From a virus (taxonomy: Duplodnaviria; Caudoviricetes), in the IMG/VR virus record IMGVR_UViG_3300045283_000318, positions 1,399 to 65,398 of that record: a stretch of 64,000 bases of DNA; one strand, 5' to 3'. This document shows positions 7,922 through 17,389 of this stretch, piece by piece. The position numbers and the translations under genes were made by a program. Under the pieces are notes generated by a model. The model saw only the letters and a list, made by a program, of their open reading frames with translations. It had not been told where the DNA came from and made no database searches. The stretch's first letter is position 1. Each line of letters begins with the position of its first letter.

Positions 7922-8166
7922 AAACCATCGAACACGCCGGCCTCGTCTGGGAGGTGCACTCGCCTTCCCTGTTCGTCCATGCCCATGACGGCTCCGTCGA
8001 TATCCTGGTCGGCTGCAACGGCCGCACCTGGCAGATCGGAATCAACGACACTTATCGCGATCGCCAGTTTTTCACCCGCAATCAGGCCATGGAGGCTTAC
8101 GCCAAGGGGCTGGCCGATGCCCGCCGCGCGGCTGCAGGCTACCACGTCTCCGAGCTCGGGAACTAA
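7918..8166 (+). CDS. Hypothetical protein
   Basis: ATGA overlap with upstream stop. Confidence 0.65.
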   Translation: MKTIEHAGLVWEVHSPSLFVHAHDGSVDILVGCNGRTWQIGINDTYRDRQFFTRNQAMEAYAKGLADARRAAAGYHVSELGN

Positions 8167-8171
8167 CCGGT

Positions 8172-8336
8172 ATGACCGAATCCGAAGCGCCTCCCCCGTC
8201 ACCGCGCGATGCCAAGAAGGCGTGGCTCGAGTTGCGCCGGCGCAATCCGCACTTGGCCGTGGATCATATCGACGGCAACCCGCGCAACAACGATTTGGCC
8301 AATCTGCGGCTGGTCACCATCAAGGAAAACCGGTGA
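8172..8336 (+). CDS. 54-aa minimal HNH-motif protein
   Basis: Read by eye: VDHIDGNPRNNDLANLRLVTIKEN. Confidence 0.65.
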   Translation: MTESEAPPPSPRDAKKAWLELRRRNPHLAVDHIDGNPRNNDLANLRLVTIKENR

Positions 8337-8495
8337 AACCCCTCCTCGCCCACCTGCTGGCCGGCCCTGTCTTGGGATGGCTGGTCTGGCGCCTGATGCC
8401 GCGACGGGTGACGGGGCGCCGCTGATCACTTTTGACCTGACAGGAACCAAGTTCCGTGGTAAGGCGTTGCCCAATCTCTCACGAAAGCAGCATTC

Positions 8496-8723
8496 ATGGG
8501 CCGCCGATTTGACCCTGCCGAGCGTCACAGCGAGGATCTGATCGCTGCAATCGAGGATGCATCGCAGCACGTTGCCCATGTGATTCGCGAGGGTTTCCTG
8601 CTCCTCGCCCTCCAGATTGCGAGCGCGCAAGGTGCCCAGCCCGACAACAGCAAGGCGATCGAGGCACAGGTCGACAGGCTCAAGGGCCTGACCGGCCAGC
8701 TCAAGAAGTCCACAACCCCTTAA
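8496..8723 (+). CDS. Hypothetical protein (coiled coil)
   Basis: ORF directly upstream of the IPT gene; phage-like codon usage. Confidence 0.6.
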   Translation: MGRRFDPAERHSEDLIAAIEDASQHVAHVIREGFLLLALQIASAQGAQPDNSKAIEAQVDRLKGLTGQLKKSTTP

Positions 8724-8743
8724 CCCCGCAGAAGGATCCCCAA

Positions 8744-9208
8744 ATGGCCGCCCCCGTTAACCAGGAAGCCCAAGCTCTCGCCGACCTCCAGCAGGCCGTC
8801 ACCGATATCGGCACCGCGATCGCCGCCGAGATTCTCGCGCTGCAGAACGCCATGAACGCGCAGGGCGTCAACAACACGCCGGCGATCGAGGCCAGCGTCC
8901 AGAAGATCCGCGACCTGGTCGGCGCCCTCAATCAGTCCCTGACCCCGCCGGTCGTCACCCCGGCCGCGCCCACCATCACCTCGCTGTCGCCTTCGACCGG
9001 CTCAGTCAACGGCGGCGATACCGTGACCGTGGCGGGAACCGGCCTGACCGGCGCGACTGTGACCGTGGGCGGCCTGCCGGCGACCTCGGTGCGGGTGGCC
9101 TCCGACACCTCGCTCACCTTCGTTACCCCGGCCAGCGTGGCGGGCCCGGCCAATGCCGTCATCACCACGCCCAACGGGACGGTGAGTTCGACCTTCACCT
9201 ACGCCTGA
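8744..9208 (+). CDS. Coiled-coil plus IPT/TIG (Ig-like) domain protein
   Basis: APTITSLSPSTGSVNGGDTVTVAGTGL...FTY. Confidence 0.85.
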   Translation: MAAPVNQEAQALADLQQAVTDIGTAIAAEILALQNAMNAQGVNNTPAIEASVQKIRDLVGALNQSLTPPVVTPAAPTITSLSPSTGSVNGGDTVTVAGTGLTGATVTVGGLPATSVRVASDTSLTFVTPASVAGPANAVITTPNGTVSSTFTYA

Positions 9209-9389
9209 TATTCGGCAACGCGTGATCGGCTGTATCAGTTGAATCGATGAGTTCGGCGACCCACCAATCGTGCTCGCCGGGCGCATTGTGATCCTTGCAA
9301 GCAAGGTCGAACGTGTCGTAGGGGCCGTAATATAGCAGCCCTTCCACGGGGTTGCCTGCTATGACGATGAATTTAGGCATAAATCTCAC
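9195..9389 (-). CDS. Hypothetical protein
   Basis: Follows the primase; GNPVEGLLYYGPY. Confidence 0.55.
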   Translation of the reverse strand: MRFMPKFIVIAGNPVEGLLYYGPYDTFDLACKDHNAPGEHDWWVAELIDSTDTADHALPNIRRR

Positions 9390-11634
9390 CTGTTTTCTTT
9401 CGCCACATGTTTGCGGTGGCGTTTCCGATTCGCTTCTTGTGCTTCTCGTATCCCAGGTTTTTCAGGATCGCGGCCGCGCGCATGGCGTCACCGATCGTCA
9501 CCGAGTCGACGCGCCGCTGGATGAACTGGTTGTCGCATAGGACTTCGTTGACCGTCACCTCGGTTTTTTGTTTCAGTGCCAGATAGTTGGCGATCGGCTC
9601 GACCCACCCATCGCTTTGCATCCTGTCTTCCTGTTCCGCGCCCGCCGCCTTCCACAGCCGTCCTGGTAGCGCGATGGTCTCTCCGGCTGCCTCGCGGTGC
9701 GCGGCTTCGGCCCAGATCTGGTCCCGGTCCTGCTGCAAGCCTGCGAGATCGATGCGTGACGTGGTGACCGGCCAGAAGCGGCGGTTACCGGTCTGGGATT
9801 TCAGGTATTCGTCATCGTTGGTTGTGGCGAAGAACACGGTGCGGCGCGGCCGGTCGACCCGGAATCGGCCGTAGGCCGGTCTGGCGCGATCGACCTTGCG
9901 GGAGGCGAACGCCTTGACGTGCTCGATATCGGCCTTTTTCATGCCGGTCAGGTCGGCAATTTCGTACAGCCATATCCCGCACATCGCTTCCTGCTGCTCC
10001 TTGTCCTGCTTGGCGAGGATGGACTGGTCCGAGAAGTTTTCAGGCCCGGCCAGAATTTCGATGGCGGTCGACTTGCCCTTGCCTTCTCCGCTTTCGAAAA
10101 CCACGATCTGATCAAACTTGGTGCCAGGCCAGCGCACGCGACGCACCGCGGCGATCAGGGTCAGGCGCCCGATGGCGCGGTTGAGCTCGGTATCAGGGGC
10201 GCCCATGTAGCGCTGCAACCACGTGTCGAGACGGGGCTGGCCGTCCCAGGCGAGGCCGTCGAGATAGTCGAGCACGGGATCATACTGGTGCTCAAGGCAG
10301 AGCTGGGTGCAGGCATCCCGGGTGTTTTCGGTCTTGGGGTCGAAGCCGAAGCGGTGGCGGATCATCTTGCGAATCATCTGGATGGCGTCGTCGGAGAGGT
10401 CGCCGGCCCACTGGTTGATGACGTGGCCGCCGACGGTCATTTTCTCGTGAAACAGGTCTTTCCGGCATTCGATGCCGAGTGCTGCGACTGCGATGCCTGC
10501 ATTGGTGCAGGTCGACTTCGGCTTGTTCTTATCGTCCAGATCCGCAAAGAAGATCGGTTGTTGCCCCCCGAACGCCGCTGGCAGGGCTTGATGCCCGTTG
10601 GCGCGGCCATTAAGGTGGGGCTGTTGCTGGACTAATTGCGGCCCATTCTTGCCCGGGGGCGCTTCTATCGCAGGGGCGCCCCCATTCCACCCGTGCTGCT
10701 GCGCCAGATGGTACAGCGTGCCGACCGACACGCCCGACCGTCGGAAGCTGTCCCACTTGGCTTCGCAGGCCGCCTGCGCGTACTTCTCGCGGCACGTCTG
10801 GCTCCACTCGTCCCAGATCACAAAGCCGAGATCGGTGCCGTCGGGCCGCTCCCACCCCAGATCTTTGAGCGCCATGCCGACCTGGAACCAGGTTTCGTAC
10901 TGATTCGCAGGGATCGCCGACAGCGCCGAGATCAGTCGCGCCTGCTCGGCCGGTGACCATATCGGTTTAAGGCTGTCGGCTAATGCATTAACGTTGCGGG
11001 TTATTGTTTCCGGTCGGGAAAGATGCGCTGGCAATTGACCCAGATGGTCAAGACCCGTCTCCCGGGGAGTTTTATTTGCAATCTCATAGCCTTGGGACCA
11101 TTGTCTTAGCCAATCGGGTAAGGTTGCTACGGGTAACTTCTTGATCCAAGTATAGATCCGGCCGGAAGCATGGCGACTGGGCGCGGCGACGACATACCCC
11201 CCTTCACCCCGGACGTGGACCTTACCCACGGCTGAAGACCGCACTTGAGGCGAATCAGGACGTGTGAGGTAAAAAGCGTGAAAACCGTTTCCTGTCTGCG
11301 CAAGGAGTGTCGCAGGGGGTGCGCCGTGCGCCGCAACCAGCGCCTTGAACTCTTCCATGCCCTCGCGGCCATCGATGTCGATGACGACGAGGCCTGAGCC
11401 GGTTGCGATTCCGATATTGGCATCGGGCCAACGGGCCCACCATTTGCGAATTTGTTCGAGATCATCCGTTGCGTCCTTGAAACCTCTTGCGGTACGGGGA
11501 TGCTTACCCACTCCTTTACCATCGGCATGAGCCTTGCCGCAAGTGCACACGCCGTTGACGACCGTGTGCAACGGGAACACCCCCCATTTCATGCGTGCGT
11601 AGGCACACGCAGCAGCGAGCATGTCATTCGACAT
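9373..11634 (-). CDS. Primase-polymerase / PriCT-2 / VapE-type helicase
   Basis: VFPL..GKHP, NIGIATG..VIDID, RGEGGYVV; WFQVGMALK..WDEWS; Walker A SGEGKGKST, TTN, TGNRRFWP. Confidence 0.92.
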   Translation of the reverse strand: MSNDMLAAACAYARMKWGVFPLHTVVNGVCTCGKAHADGKGVGKHPRTARGFKDATDDLEQIRKWWARWPDANIGIATGSGLVVIDIDGREGMEEFKALVAAHGAPPATLLAQTGNGFHAFYLTRPDSPQVRSSAVGKVHVRGEGGYVVAAPSRHASGRIYTWIKKLPVATLPDWLRQWSQGYEIANKTPRETGLDHLGQLPAHLSRPETITRNVNALADSLKPIWSPAEQARLISALSAIPANQYETWFQVGMALKDLGWERPDGTDLGFVIWDEWSQTCREKYAQAACEAKWDSFRRSGVSVGTLYHLAQQHGWNGGAPAIEAPPGKNGPQLVQQQPHLNGRANGHQALPAAFGGQQPIFFADLDDKNKPKSTCTNAGIAVAALGIECRKDLFHEKMTVGGHVINQWAGDLSDDAIQMIRKMIRHRFGFDPKTENTRDACTQLCLEHQYDPVLDYLDGLAWDGQPRLDTWLQRYMGAPDTELNRAIGRLTLIAAVRRVRWPGTKFDQIVVFESGEGKGKSTAIEILAGPENFSDQSILAKQDKEQQEAMCGIWLYEIADLTGMKKADIEHVKAFASRKVDRARPAYGRFRVDRPRRTVFFATTNDDEYLKSQTGNRRFWPVTTSRIDLAGLQQDRDQIWAEAAHREAAGETIALPGRLWKAAGAEQEDRMQSDGWVEPIANYLALKQKTEVTVNEVLCDNQFIQRRVDSVTIGDAMRAAAILKNLGYEKHKKRIGNATANMWRKKTGEIYA

Positions 11635-11761
11635 GAGCCGAATGCCCTAACACGTTGTGGCGCTGCGCCATTGTCGGTCTACCCCTTGCCTCTGAAATCC
11701 GGTGATGGTATCAAGGCGATGCGGCTCCCTTATTCCCCTGTGGGCGCGCACTCGGTGATCG

Positions 11762-11795
11762 CCCCGCCAGTAACCCCCTTGCTGGCGGGGTTTTC
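11762..11795 (+). terminator. Hairpin with T-run in the divergent intergenic region
   Basis: CCCCGCCAG...CTGGCGGGG TTTT. Confidence 0.5.
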
Positions 11796-11876
11796 GTGAA
11801 GCGCGGATGCGGAGACTGCTCCCGCCGTCACGGTTTCGTCAAGAGCGATTTTTTACGCACATCTCAACTTTTCGAG

Positions 11877-11908
11877 TTGATCGTTCGTAAAATCATGCTA
11901 TACATTGT
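11877..11908 (+). promoter_or_regulatory. Putative replication-module promoter with operator-like site
   Basis: TTGATC ... TATACATTGT. Confidence 0.5.
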
Positions 11909-11929
11909 CCATAGCAAGGGGAAACCACA

Positions 11930-12220
11930 ATGCTGGATATCGATGCGGAGACCGAGTTGGCGGTGCTTTTGCCTGCCTATCGCATTCCTGATCAGGCCCG
12001 AATCACGAAGCGAACCGGCGAGCAGTACTACGTTCTTCGCCACAACATCACGGTTTATCAGGCTGACAAATCGACGCCGCTGAACTTGGAAGGCGACTTT
12101 CTCATTGGTCCCAACGGAAGTGTGAATCAGATCAAGCAGGATACCTTGCTTCTCTGGCGCGTTCCGGCTGATGAGCTGGTCGAGCAGTTGCAAGCGGCAT
12201 GGGAGCCGATCCCGCAATGA
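11930..12220 (+). CDS. Hypothetical protein
   Basis: AAGGGG RBS. Confidence 0.65.
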   Translation: MLDIDAETELAVLLPAYRIPDQARITKRTGEQYYVLRHNITVYQADKSTPLNLEGDFLIGPNGSVNQIKQDTLLLWRVPADELVEQLQAAWEPIPQ

Positions 12221-12402
12221 TCCCCCACCCCTCCGATCCCGAGCGCCCGACTCATCTCGACATGCAGAAATTGCGTATGGACCAGCACTGGCGCCGTGGT
12301 GATATCCTGGACAACACGTATCTTCGATCGCTTTTCATCCTTGGCTACCTGCCGGACGAGGCGAACACGGAGCTGAGGCTTTTGAAGATGGAGGGGAAGT
12401 GA
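12217..12402 (+). CDS. Hypothetical protein
   Basis: ATGA-coupled ORF. Confidence 0.55.
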   Translation: MIPHPSDPERPTHLDMQKLRMDQHWRRGDILDNTYLRSLFILGYLPDEANTELRLLKMEGK

Positions 12403-12908
12403 AACCATTCAGAATTTCGCACAAAAAACTGCTTGCCCTGCTCCATTACGATCCCGAAACAGGGATTTGGACTTGGCTGCAAGGCAGATGTGCAGGCAAG
12501 CGGGCGGATTTGAACAAACCGCCGCGAGGATATCGCAAAGTCACTTTTTGGCGAAACGCTGAAGGTAAACAAAGACACGTTGCTGCTCACCGGCTTGCTT
12601 GGTTTTACATGACAAAGCGGTGGCCAAAAAAGGGGATAGACCACAAAGATGGTGTTACCTCAAACAACACATGGATTAATTTGCGAGAAGCCGATCAGTC
12701 GCAAAACAACGCAAATTCCCGCCCAAGAATAGGGACTTCCGAACTTAAAGGCGTTTCCTGGCATTCCCGGAAAAAGAAATGGACTGCGCAAATTCGATTT
12801 CGCGGCATTACAAAACATCTGGGGCAATTTGATTCGGCAGAAGATGCGCACGCCGTTTATTGCGCTGAGGCAAACAGACTACATGGAGATTTTGCTCGTG
12901 TCGCTTAA
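12399..12908 (+). CDS. HNH-AP2 homing endonuclease
   Basis: YDPETG; AHRLAWFY; IDHKDG..NNTWINLREA..NN; KGVSW..WTAQI..HLGQF AP2 domain. Confidence 0.9.
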   Translation: MKPFRISHKKLLALLHYDPETGIWTWLQGRCAGKRADLNKPPRGYRKVTFWRNAEGKQRHVAAHRLAWFYMTKRWPKKGIDHKDGVTSNNTWINLREADQSQNNANSRPRIGTSELKGVSWHSRKKKWTAQIRFRGITKHLGQFDSAEDAHAVYCAEANRLHGDFARVA

Positions 12909-13131
12909 AGCTCATGAGGCTGCAAAAGTCTGGCGCATCAAGCGCAAGCTGACTCTCGACCAGCTGGCGGAACTGACTGGGTACTCGGTCCCTGCCATCC
13001 GCAAGTTCGAGCAGGGTGCGCGCAACAGCAAGGCTGGCGAGGCCCACAGCGAGTGGACGGTCCAGCGCTACCGGATGGCCTGTGCCGGAGCCGAGGCCCA
13101 GTTGCGAACGGGGAGGACGTTTTCGTGGTGA
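12883..13131 (+). CDS. XRE-family HTH regulator
   Basis: WRIKRKLTLDQLAELTGYSVPAIRKFEQG. Confidence 0.75.
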   Translation: MEILLVSLKAHEAAKVWRIKRKLTLDQLAELTGYSVPAIRKFEQGARNSKAGEAHSEWTVQRYRMACAGAEAQLRTGRTFSW

Positions 13132-13451
13132 TTCGGTACAACGGGATCGAGATCGACAGCGGAGCGCAGGAGATACGACATCGCGGTCGCAAATGGGCCG
13201 CCTGTCGGAAGGAAACCACGACTTTCCTTGGTCTGCAATCCTTGATTTGTGGCGGCGGGCTGAGCACCGCGCAGATGTTCTGGATCATGTATGGCGACGA
13301 TCCCGATGGCGGTCCCGATCTCGGCTATCGTGTCGTTGGCATCCGGCTTAATCAGTGGCGGCCTTTTTTCGGTGCCCTTGCTTTGGAATTGCGCAAGGTC
13401 AAGACCGCCGGTGTGGTTTTCTACAGCCTCGAACCCAAGCACGAGTTTTGA
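13128..13451 (+). CDS. Winged-helix (OmpR effector-like) DNA-binding protein
   Basis: LSTAQMFWIMYGDDPDGGP...VVGIRLNQWR. Confidence 0.55.
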   Translation: MIRYNGIEIDSGAQEIRHRGRKWAACRKETTTFLGLQSLICGGGLSTAQMFWIMYGDDPDGGPDLGYRVVGIRLNQWRPFFGALALELRKVKTAGVVFYSLEPKHEF

Positions 13452-13774
13452 CCGTGGATCCTGACGCCCAGTTCTTCACTGATCACCCGGATAGACGCGC
13501 CCGCATCCGCTTGCCCGGAGGACCGGCTCCCATGCGCGATCGCCAGCGTGCCGTGCACTTCCTGAGCGAGTCCGAGATGGAGTTCCGCTCGCTTGGGCCC
13601 CACGATAAGGGCCGCCGACGGATTTTGGTCTGGCGGCCGCCACCTGATCACCCGACGCATCCGAATCACTTGCTCAAGATTCCGTTCCTGCTGTTCGCCG
13701 ACGAGACGGTGGAGGACAGGGACGACGTGCTGTTGCCAATCGTTCACGACATCATGAAACAGGCGGCGAATTGA
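13448..13774 (+). CDS. Hypothetical protein
   Basis: Coupled ORF preceding the polymerase. Confidence 0.6.
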   Translation: MTVDPDAQFFTDHPDRRARIRLPGGPAPMRDRQRAVHFLSESEMEFRSLGPHDKGRRRILVWRPPPDHPTHPNHLLKIPFLLFADETVEDRDDVLLPIVHDIMKQAAN

Positions 13775-15648
13775 TGCGTCCAGTTGTCATTGATTTCGAA
13801 ACGTTCTATGACCCAAAAAACCTCCGCGGGGATCCGGAACCGTACACATTGTCGGTCATGAATACTGAAAGCTATGTGCGGGACCAGCGATTCGAAGCGC
13901 ACGGTGCCGCCGTCAAATGGTCGGCCGCCACCTCTGCGGTTTGGTACGACGAGAAGGATTTGCGCTACCAACTGCAGCAAGAAGATTGGTCTGACGTTTT
14001 CCTGATTTCCCACCATGCTCAATTCGATCACCTGATCCTGTCGCACCATTACGATGTGCATCCGAAGATGTCCGGCTGCACAATGTCGCAAGCGAGGTTG
14101 ATGCTCGGAAACCACATTAGCGTCAGTCTCGACTCGGTGCGCAAGGAGTTCGGCTTCCCGCCCAAGATCACGCCTTATAATTTGTTCGCGGGCAAGCATT
14201 GGGCTGAGATGGATCAGTACACACGGGATCAGGTCGCGTCCGGCGCTGTCGACGAAGTCGAATCGATCTGGAAGCTGTTCGGCATACTTATGAAAATGGG
14301 CTTTCCGGCCGAAGAATTGGAAATTGTCGATTCCACGGTCAAGATGTTCACCGAGCCCGAATTGATTGGCGACAGCCAAGTGTTCGCAAAGGTCTGGGAG
14401 CACGAGGCGGTCCGCAAACAGCAGATGCTTGAGAAGCTTCAGGTCACCGCCAAGGATCTCGGTTCCGACGAGGTGTTCGCCTCGCTGCTGCGCGCCCGCG
14501 GCGTTGAGCCTGAAACCAAGGTAACCGACAAGGGTAACACCAAGTTCGCCTTTGCCAAGACCGACCCGTTCATGGAGGAGTTGCAACAGGATGAAGACGA
14601 GGAGGTTAGGGCTCTTGCGGAAGCTCGCTTGGGAACGAAATCTACGCTCCTGCAGACCCGCGCGGCGACGCTGGGCTGGATGGCAAGTCGGGGACCTCTG
14701 TGTGTCTACCTGCGCTACGCTGGCGCTCATACAAGCCGTTGGTCGGGGGGAGACGACACAAATTTTCAGAACTGGACCAATGGATCGGAAATCAATTCAG
14801 CAGTTGTCGCACCTGATGGATGGCTGATTGCCGAGCCCGATGCGTCGCAGATCGAATGCCGCCTCCTGAACTTTTGTGCTGGCCAATGGGACAAGGTCGA
14901 GGAATTTCACAGCGGCAAGGACCCCTATATCGGCGTCGCCAGCGCCTTCTACAAGAAACAGATCAATAAGAAGGACCACCCGCTCGAGCGCCAGCTCGGA
15001 AAGATTGTGGAATTGCAGGCCGGTTACCAGTCCGGTGGCAACAAGATTCGGTCCACCGTACGTGTCAAGTCGGGCGGCAAGATACTTTTGACACCGGCTG
15101 AGGGTGTCGAGGCGCGCGATGCCTACCGCGACACGCACTTGGCCATCTCCAACAAAACCGACGGCTATTGGCAACAGGGCGAGCAATGCATCCGCCGCAT
15201 GGCCAACTTCGAGTCTTACGACTGGAGTCCGTTTCGGGTCAGGTGTGACAAGGCAGCCGGCAAGCGTCGCATCGTGCTACCGAACGGTATCGAACTTAAG
15301 TACGACACCCTTGAATTTTTTTCCGATCCGGATGACGGCGACCGCTATTGGCGCTTGAAGACTCGCAAAGGTTGGGTCAAACTGTACGGCGGCAAGCTTG
15401 TGGAAAACATTATCCAAGCCCTTGCGCGCGTCGTCGTGTCTCAAGCCATGATTCGACTGAAAAAACTGGGTTACCGTTGCAAGAATACCAAACACGACTC
15501 GCTGTGGCTCTTGATTCCGAAAGACGGTCAGATCGAACGTCACAAGCAGATCATTCTGGCCGAGATGAGCAGGGAATTGCCGTGGTTGCCGGAGTGCCCG
15601 CTGGCGGCCGAGTTCAAGGGTGAGCCGTCGGAAAGGATTACGTGGTGA
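13774..15648 (+). CDS. polA: Family A DNA polymerase with 3'-5' exonuclease
   Basis: ExoI IDFET; motif A DASQIECR; motif B RQLGKIVELQAGY; ENIIQA; motif C HDS. Confidence 0.9.
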   Translation: MRPVVIDFETFYDPKNLRGDPEPYTLSVMNTESYVRDQRFEAHGAAVKWSAATSAVWYDEKDLRYQLQQEDWSDVFLISHHAQFDHLILSHHYDVHPKMSGCTMSQARLMLGNHISVSLDSVRKEFGFPPKITPYNLFAGKHWAEMDQYTRDQVASGAVDEVESIWKLFGILMKMGFPAEELEIVDSTVKMFTEPELIGDSQVFAKVWEHEAVRKQQMLEKLQVTAKDLGSDEVFASLLRARGVEPETKVTDKGNTKFAFAKTDPFMEELQQDEDEEVRALAEARLGTKSTLLQTRAATLGWMASRGPLCVYLRYAGAHTSRWSGGDDTNFQNWTNGSEINSAVVAPDGWLIAEPDASQIECRLLNFCAGQWDKVEEFHSGKDPYIGVASAFYKKQINKKDHPLERQLGKIVELQAGYQSGGNKIRSTVRVKSGGKILLTPAEGVEARDAYRDTHLAISNKTDGYWQQGEQCIRRMANFESYDWSPFRVRCDKAAGKRRIVLPNGIELKYDTLEFFSDPDDGDRYWRLKTRKGWVKLYGGKLVENIIQALARVVVSQAMIRLKKLGYRCKNTKHDSLWLLIPKDGQIERHKQIILAEMSRELPWLPECPLAAEFKGEPSERITW

Positions 15649-15682
15649 GACTCCCTATCATCTACTGGTCCCCCGCCAATCC

Positions 15683-15913
15683 ATGGTGGTGGAGCTGGCA
15701 TCGTTTCCTGTACTGGGAGCGAACAAGAAGAGGATTGCATTACTGATGCCCTGGACCCTCGTCGACGACACCAACGACCAGATCAATGTGCGCGCCGTGA
15801 TCAACATCAAGACGGAACGGCACGAATTGCGCGCCTTGATCGATGCTCTCACCAACCGTGCAGTCCAACTCGACAAACCCAAGGAGATCACCGATGAACG
15901 ACGCGATGCCTGA
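15683..15913 (+). CDS. Hypothetical protein (start uncertain)
   Basis: Fills the gap after the polymerase. Confidence 0.45.
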   Translation: MVVELASFPVLGANKKRIALLMPWTLVDDTNDQINVRAVINIKTERHELRALIDALTNRAVQLDKPKEITDERRDA

Positions 15914-16241
15914 CTTCGAGCAGACGACTGTTCCTCCCGCCAATGAGTATCCGAAGCCGAAAAAGCCGCGGCGGAAGCCGACCAGGAAGAAGGCCCGGAA
16001 AGCGGCTGTTCTCGTCGATCGCAGCGCCGCGATTCGCTTCGGGAAGGCCAAAGCGAAGAAGCGCAAGGCTGTTGCCAAGCGCCGCGGCCGGCCGCCGGGC
16101 GCCCTTGGCAAGCCCAAAATTGCGGCAACGGTCACTGCCGAAATGCGAACCGACGTCGTCGCGTTCATCCAGAACGTTCTCGGCATCGCGGTGGAGCCGT
16201 GGCGGGCCAAGATCCTGCGAAACATGTTGAGGGAAGCATGA
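15894..16241 (+). CDS. Basic protein with AT-hook-like RGRP and terminase-N-terminus-like tail
   Basis: AAGGAG RBS; K/R-rich; KRRGRPPG; DVVAFIQNVLGIAVEPWRAKIL. Confidence 0.65.
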   Translation: MNDAMPDFEQTTVPPANEYPKPKKPRRKPTRKKARKAAVLVDRSAAIRFGKAKAKKRKAVAKRRGRPPGALGKPKIAATVTAEMRTDVVAFIQNVLGIAVEPWRAKILRNMLREA

Positions 16242-16369
16242 ACACCTTCGCCGCCGAGCTCCAGGAGCTGATCACCCGCCACCGTGACATTCCCGGCACG
16301 GTGCTGGCGGATCTCGTCGACGACCTCGAGGCAGAGGCCGAGAAGCTGGTCGAAGAAATCAATGCCTGA
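16238..16369 (+). CDS. 43-aa acidic helical protein
   Basis: Read by eye, coupled on both sides. Confidence 0.55.
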   Translation: MNTFAAELQELITRHRDIPGTVLADLVDDLEAEAEKLVEEINA

Positions 16370-17084
16370 CTTCCCCGACATCCCGCCGTTTCTCGATCGC
16401 CGTGCAGGAGCGCCCGTGCAGAATTTCGCCAAGCCTCTCGTATATTCCTACACCCTGCTTAAAACGTCGGACACCTGCCTGTACAAGTGCTTCAGGCAGT
16501 ACGTGAAGCGTGATCTGCCGTTCGATAAAACTCCGGAGATCGATTACGGCAACAAGGTCCATGAGGCGATGGAGTTGCGGATCGGCGGCAAGCCGCTGCC
16601 TCACGATATGATCCACTGGGAGCCGATCGTATCGGCCTACGTCGATCGGAAGGCGAAACCGGAGAAGAAAACCGGCATCACCAAGGATTGCAAACCGACC
16701 GGCTTCTTCGACAGGGACGTCTGGCTGCGGTGCAAGATTGACGTCACCATGCTCAACGGCACCAACGTGTTCATATCCGATTTCAAAACGGGCAATCCCA
16801 AGTACGAAGACCCATTCGAATTGGAAATCCAGGCGCTGACGCTGAAGGCTGCGATCCCGGCAATTACCAGGATCGCGGGGCATTATGCATGGTTGCGCGA
16901 GAACCGGATCGGCGAGCCGCATGATCTGTCCGACTTCGCCGCGACGTGGGCCAAGATCAATAACAAAGTGGAGGTTATTGAAGATTGTATGGCGAGTGGT
17001 GAGTGGCCCAAGACCAAGAATCCGCTTTGTGGCTGGTGTGGCGTTTTGGACTGCGAGTTCAATCTGAAGAGGCAGCAGTCGTGA
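16362..17084 (+). CDS. PD-(D/E)XK (Cas4/RecB-like) exonuclease
   Basis: YSYT..C; YGNKVHEAME; KIDV..DFKTG; LCGWC...C. Confidence 0.85.
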   Translation: MPDFPDIPPFLDRRAGAPVQNFAKPLVYSYTLLKTSDTCLYKCFRQYVKRDLPFDKTPEIDYGNKVHEAMELRIGGKPLPHDMIHWEPIVSAYVDRKAKPEKKTGITKDCKPTGFFDRDVWLRCKIDVTMLNGTNVFISDFKTGNPKYEDPFELEIQALTLKAAIPAITRIAGHYAWLRENRIGEPHDLSDFAATWAKINNKVEVIEDCMASGEWPKTKNPLCGWCGVLDCEFNLKRQQS

Positions 17085-17389
17085 CGCCAGAGGGGTGGGA
17101 AAAGAAGGACGTGGACGCGTGGCTGAAAAAACTAGACCCCGACCTTGTCTGGCATCACAAGACGATTACCATGGGCTTCGGCGCGTCCGGGGCACCTGAC
17201 TACGTGCTGTGCCTCAAGGGAGCGATGTGGGGGCTGGAGATCAAAAGGCCAGGGAAGTCGGCAACAGTGATCCAGCAAAAACGAATGGACGCGATCCGTA
17301 AGGCCGGCGGGCACGCCGTTGCCGGTACCGCGGAGGTCGTGATCATGGAATTGACGCGATGGTTGGCGGCGAGAGGGATTGCGGCGTGA
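17081..17389 (+). CDS. VRR-NUC nuclease
   Basis: TPEG..K; GFGASGAPDY; LEIKRPG..T..Q. Confidence 0.85.
   Translation: MTPEGWEKKDVDAWLKKLDPDLVWHHKTITMGFGASGAPDYVLCLKGAMWGLEIKRPGKSATVIQQKRMDAIRKAGGHAVAGTAEVVIMELTRWLAARGIAA

Noticed and set aside
16362-17084. Cas4 as part of a CRISPR adaptation module linked to the repeat locus
   Set aside because: Sits in the ordinary replication module 35 kb away; such nucleases are common in phages; no cas1/cas2
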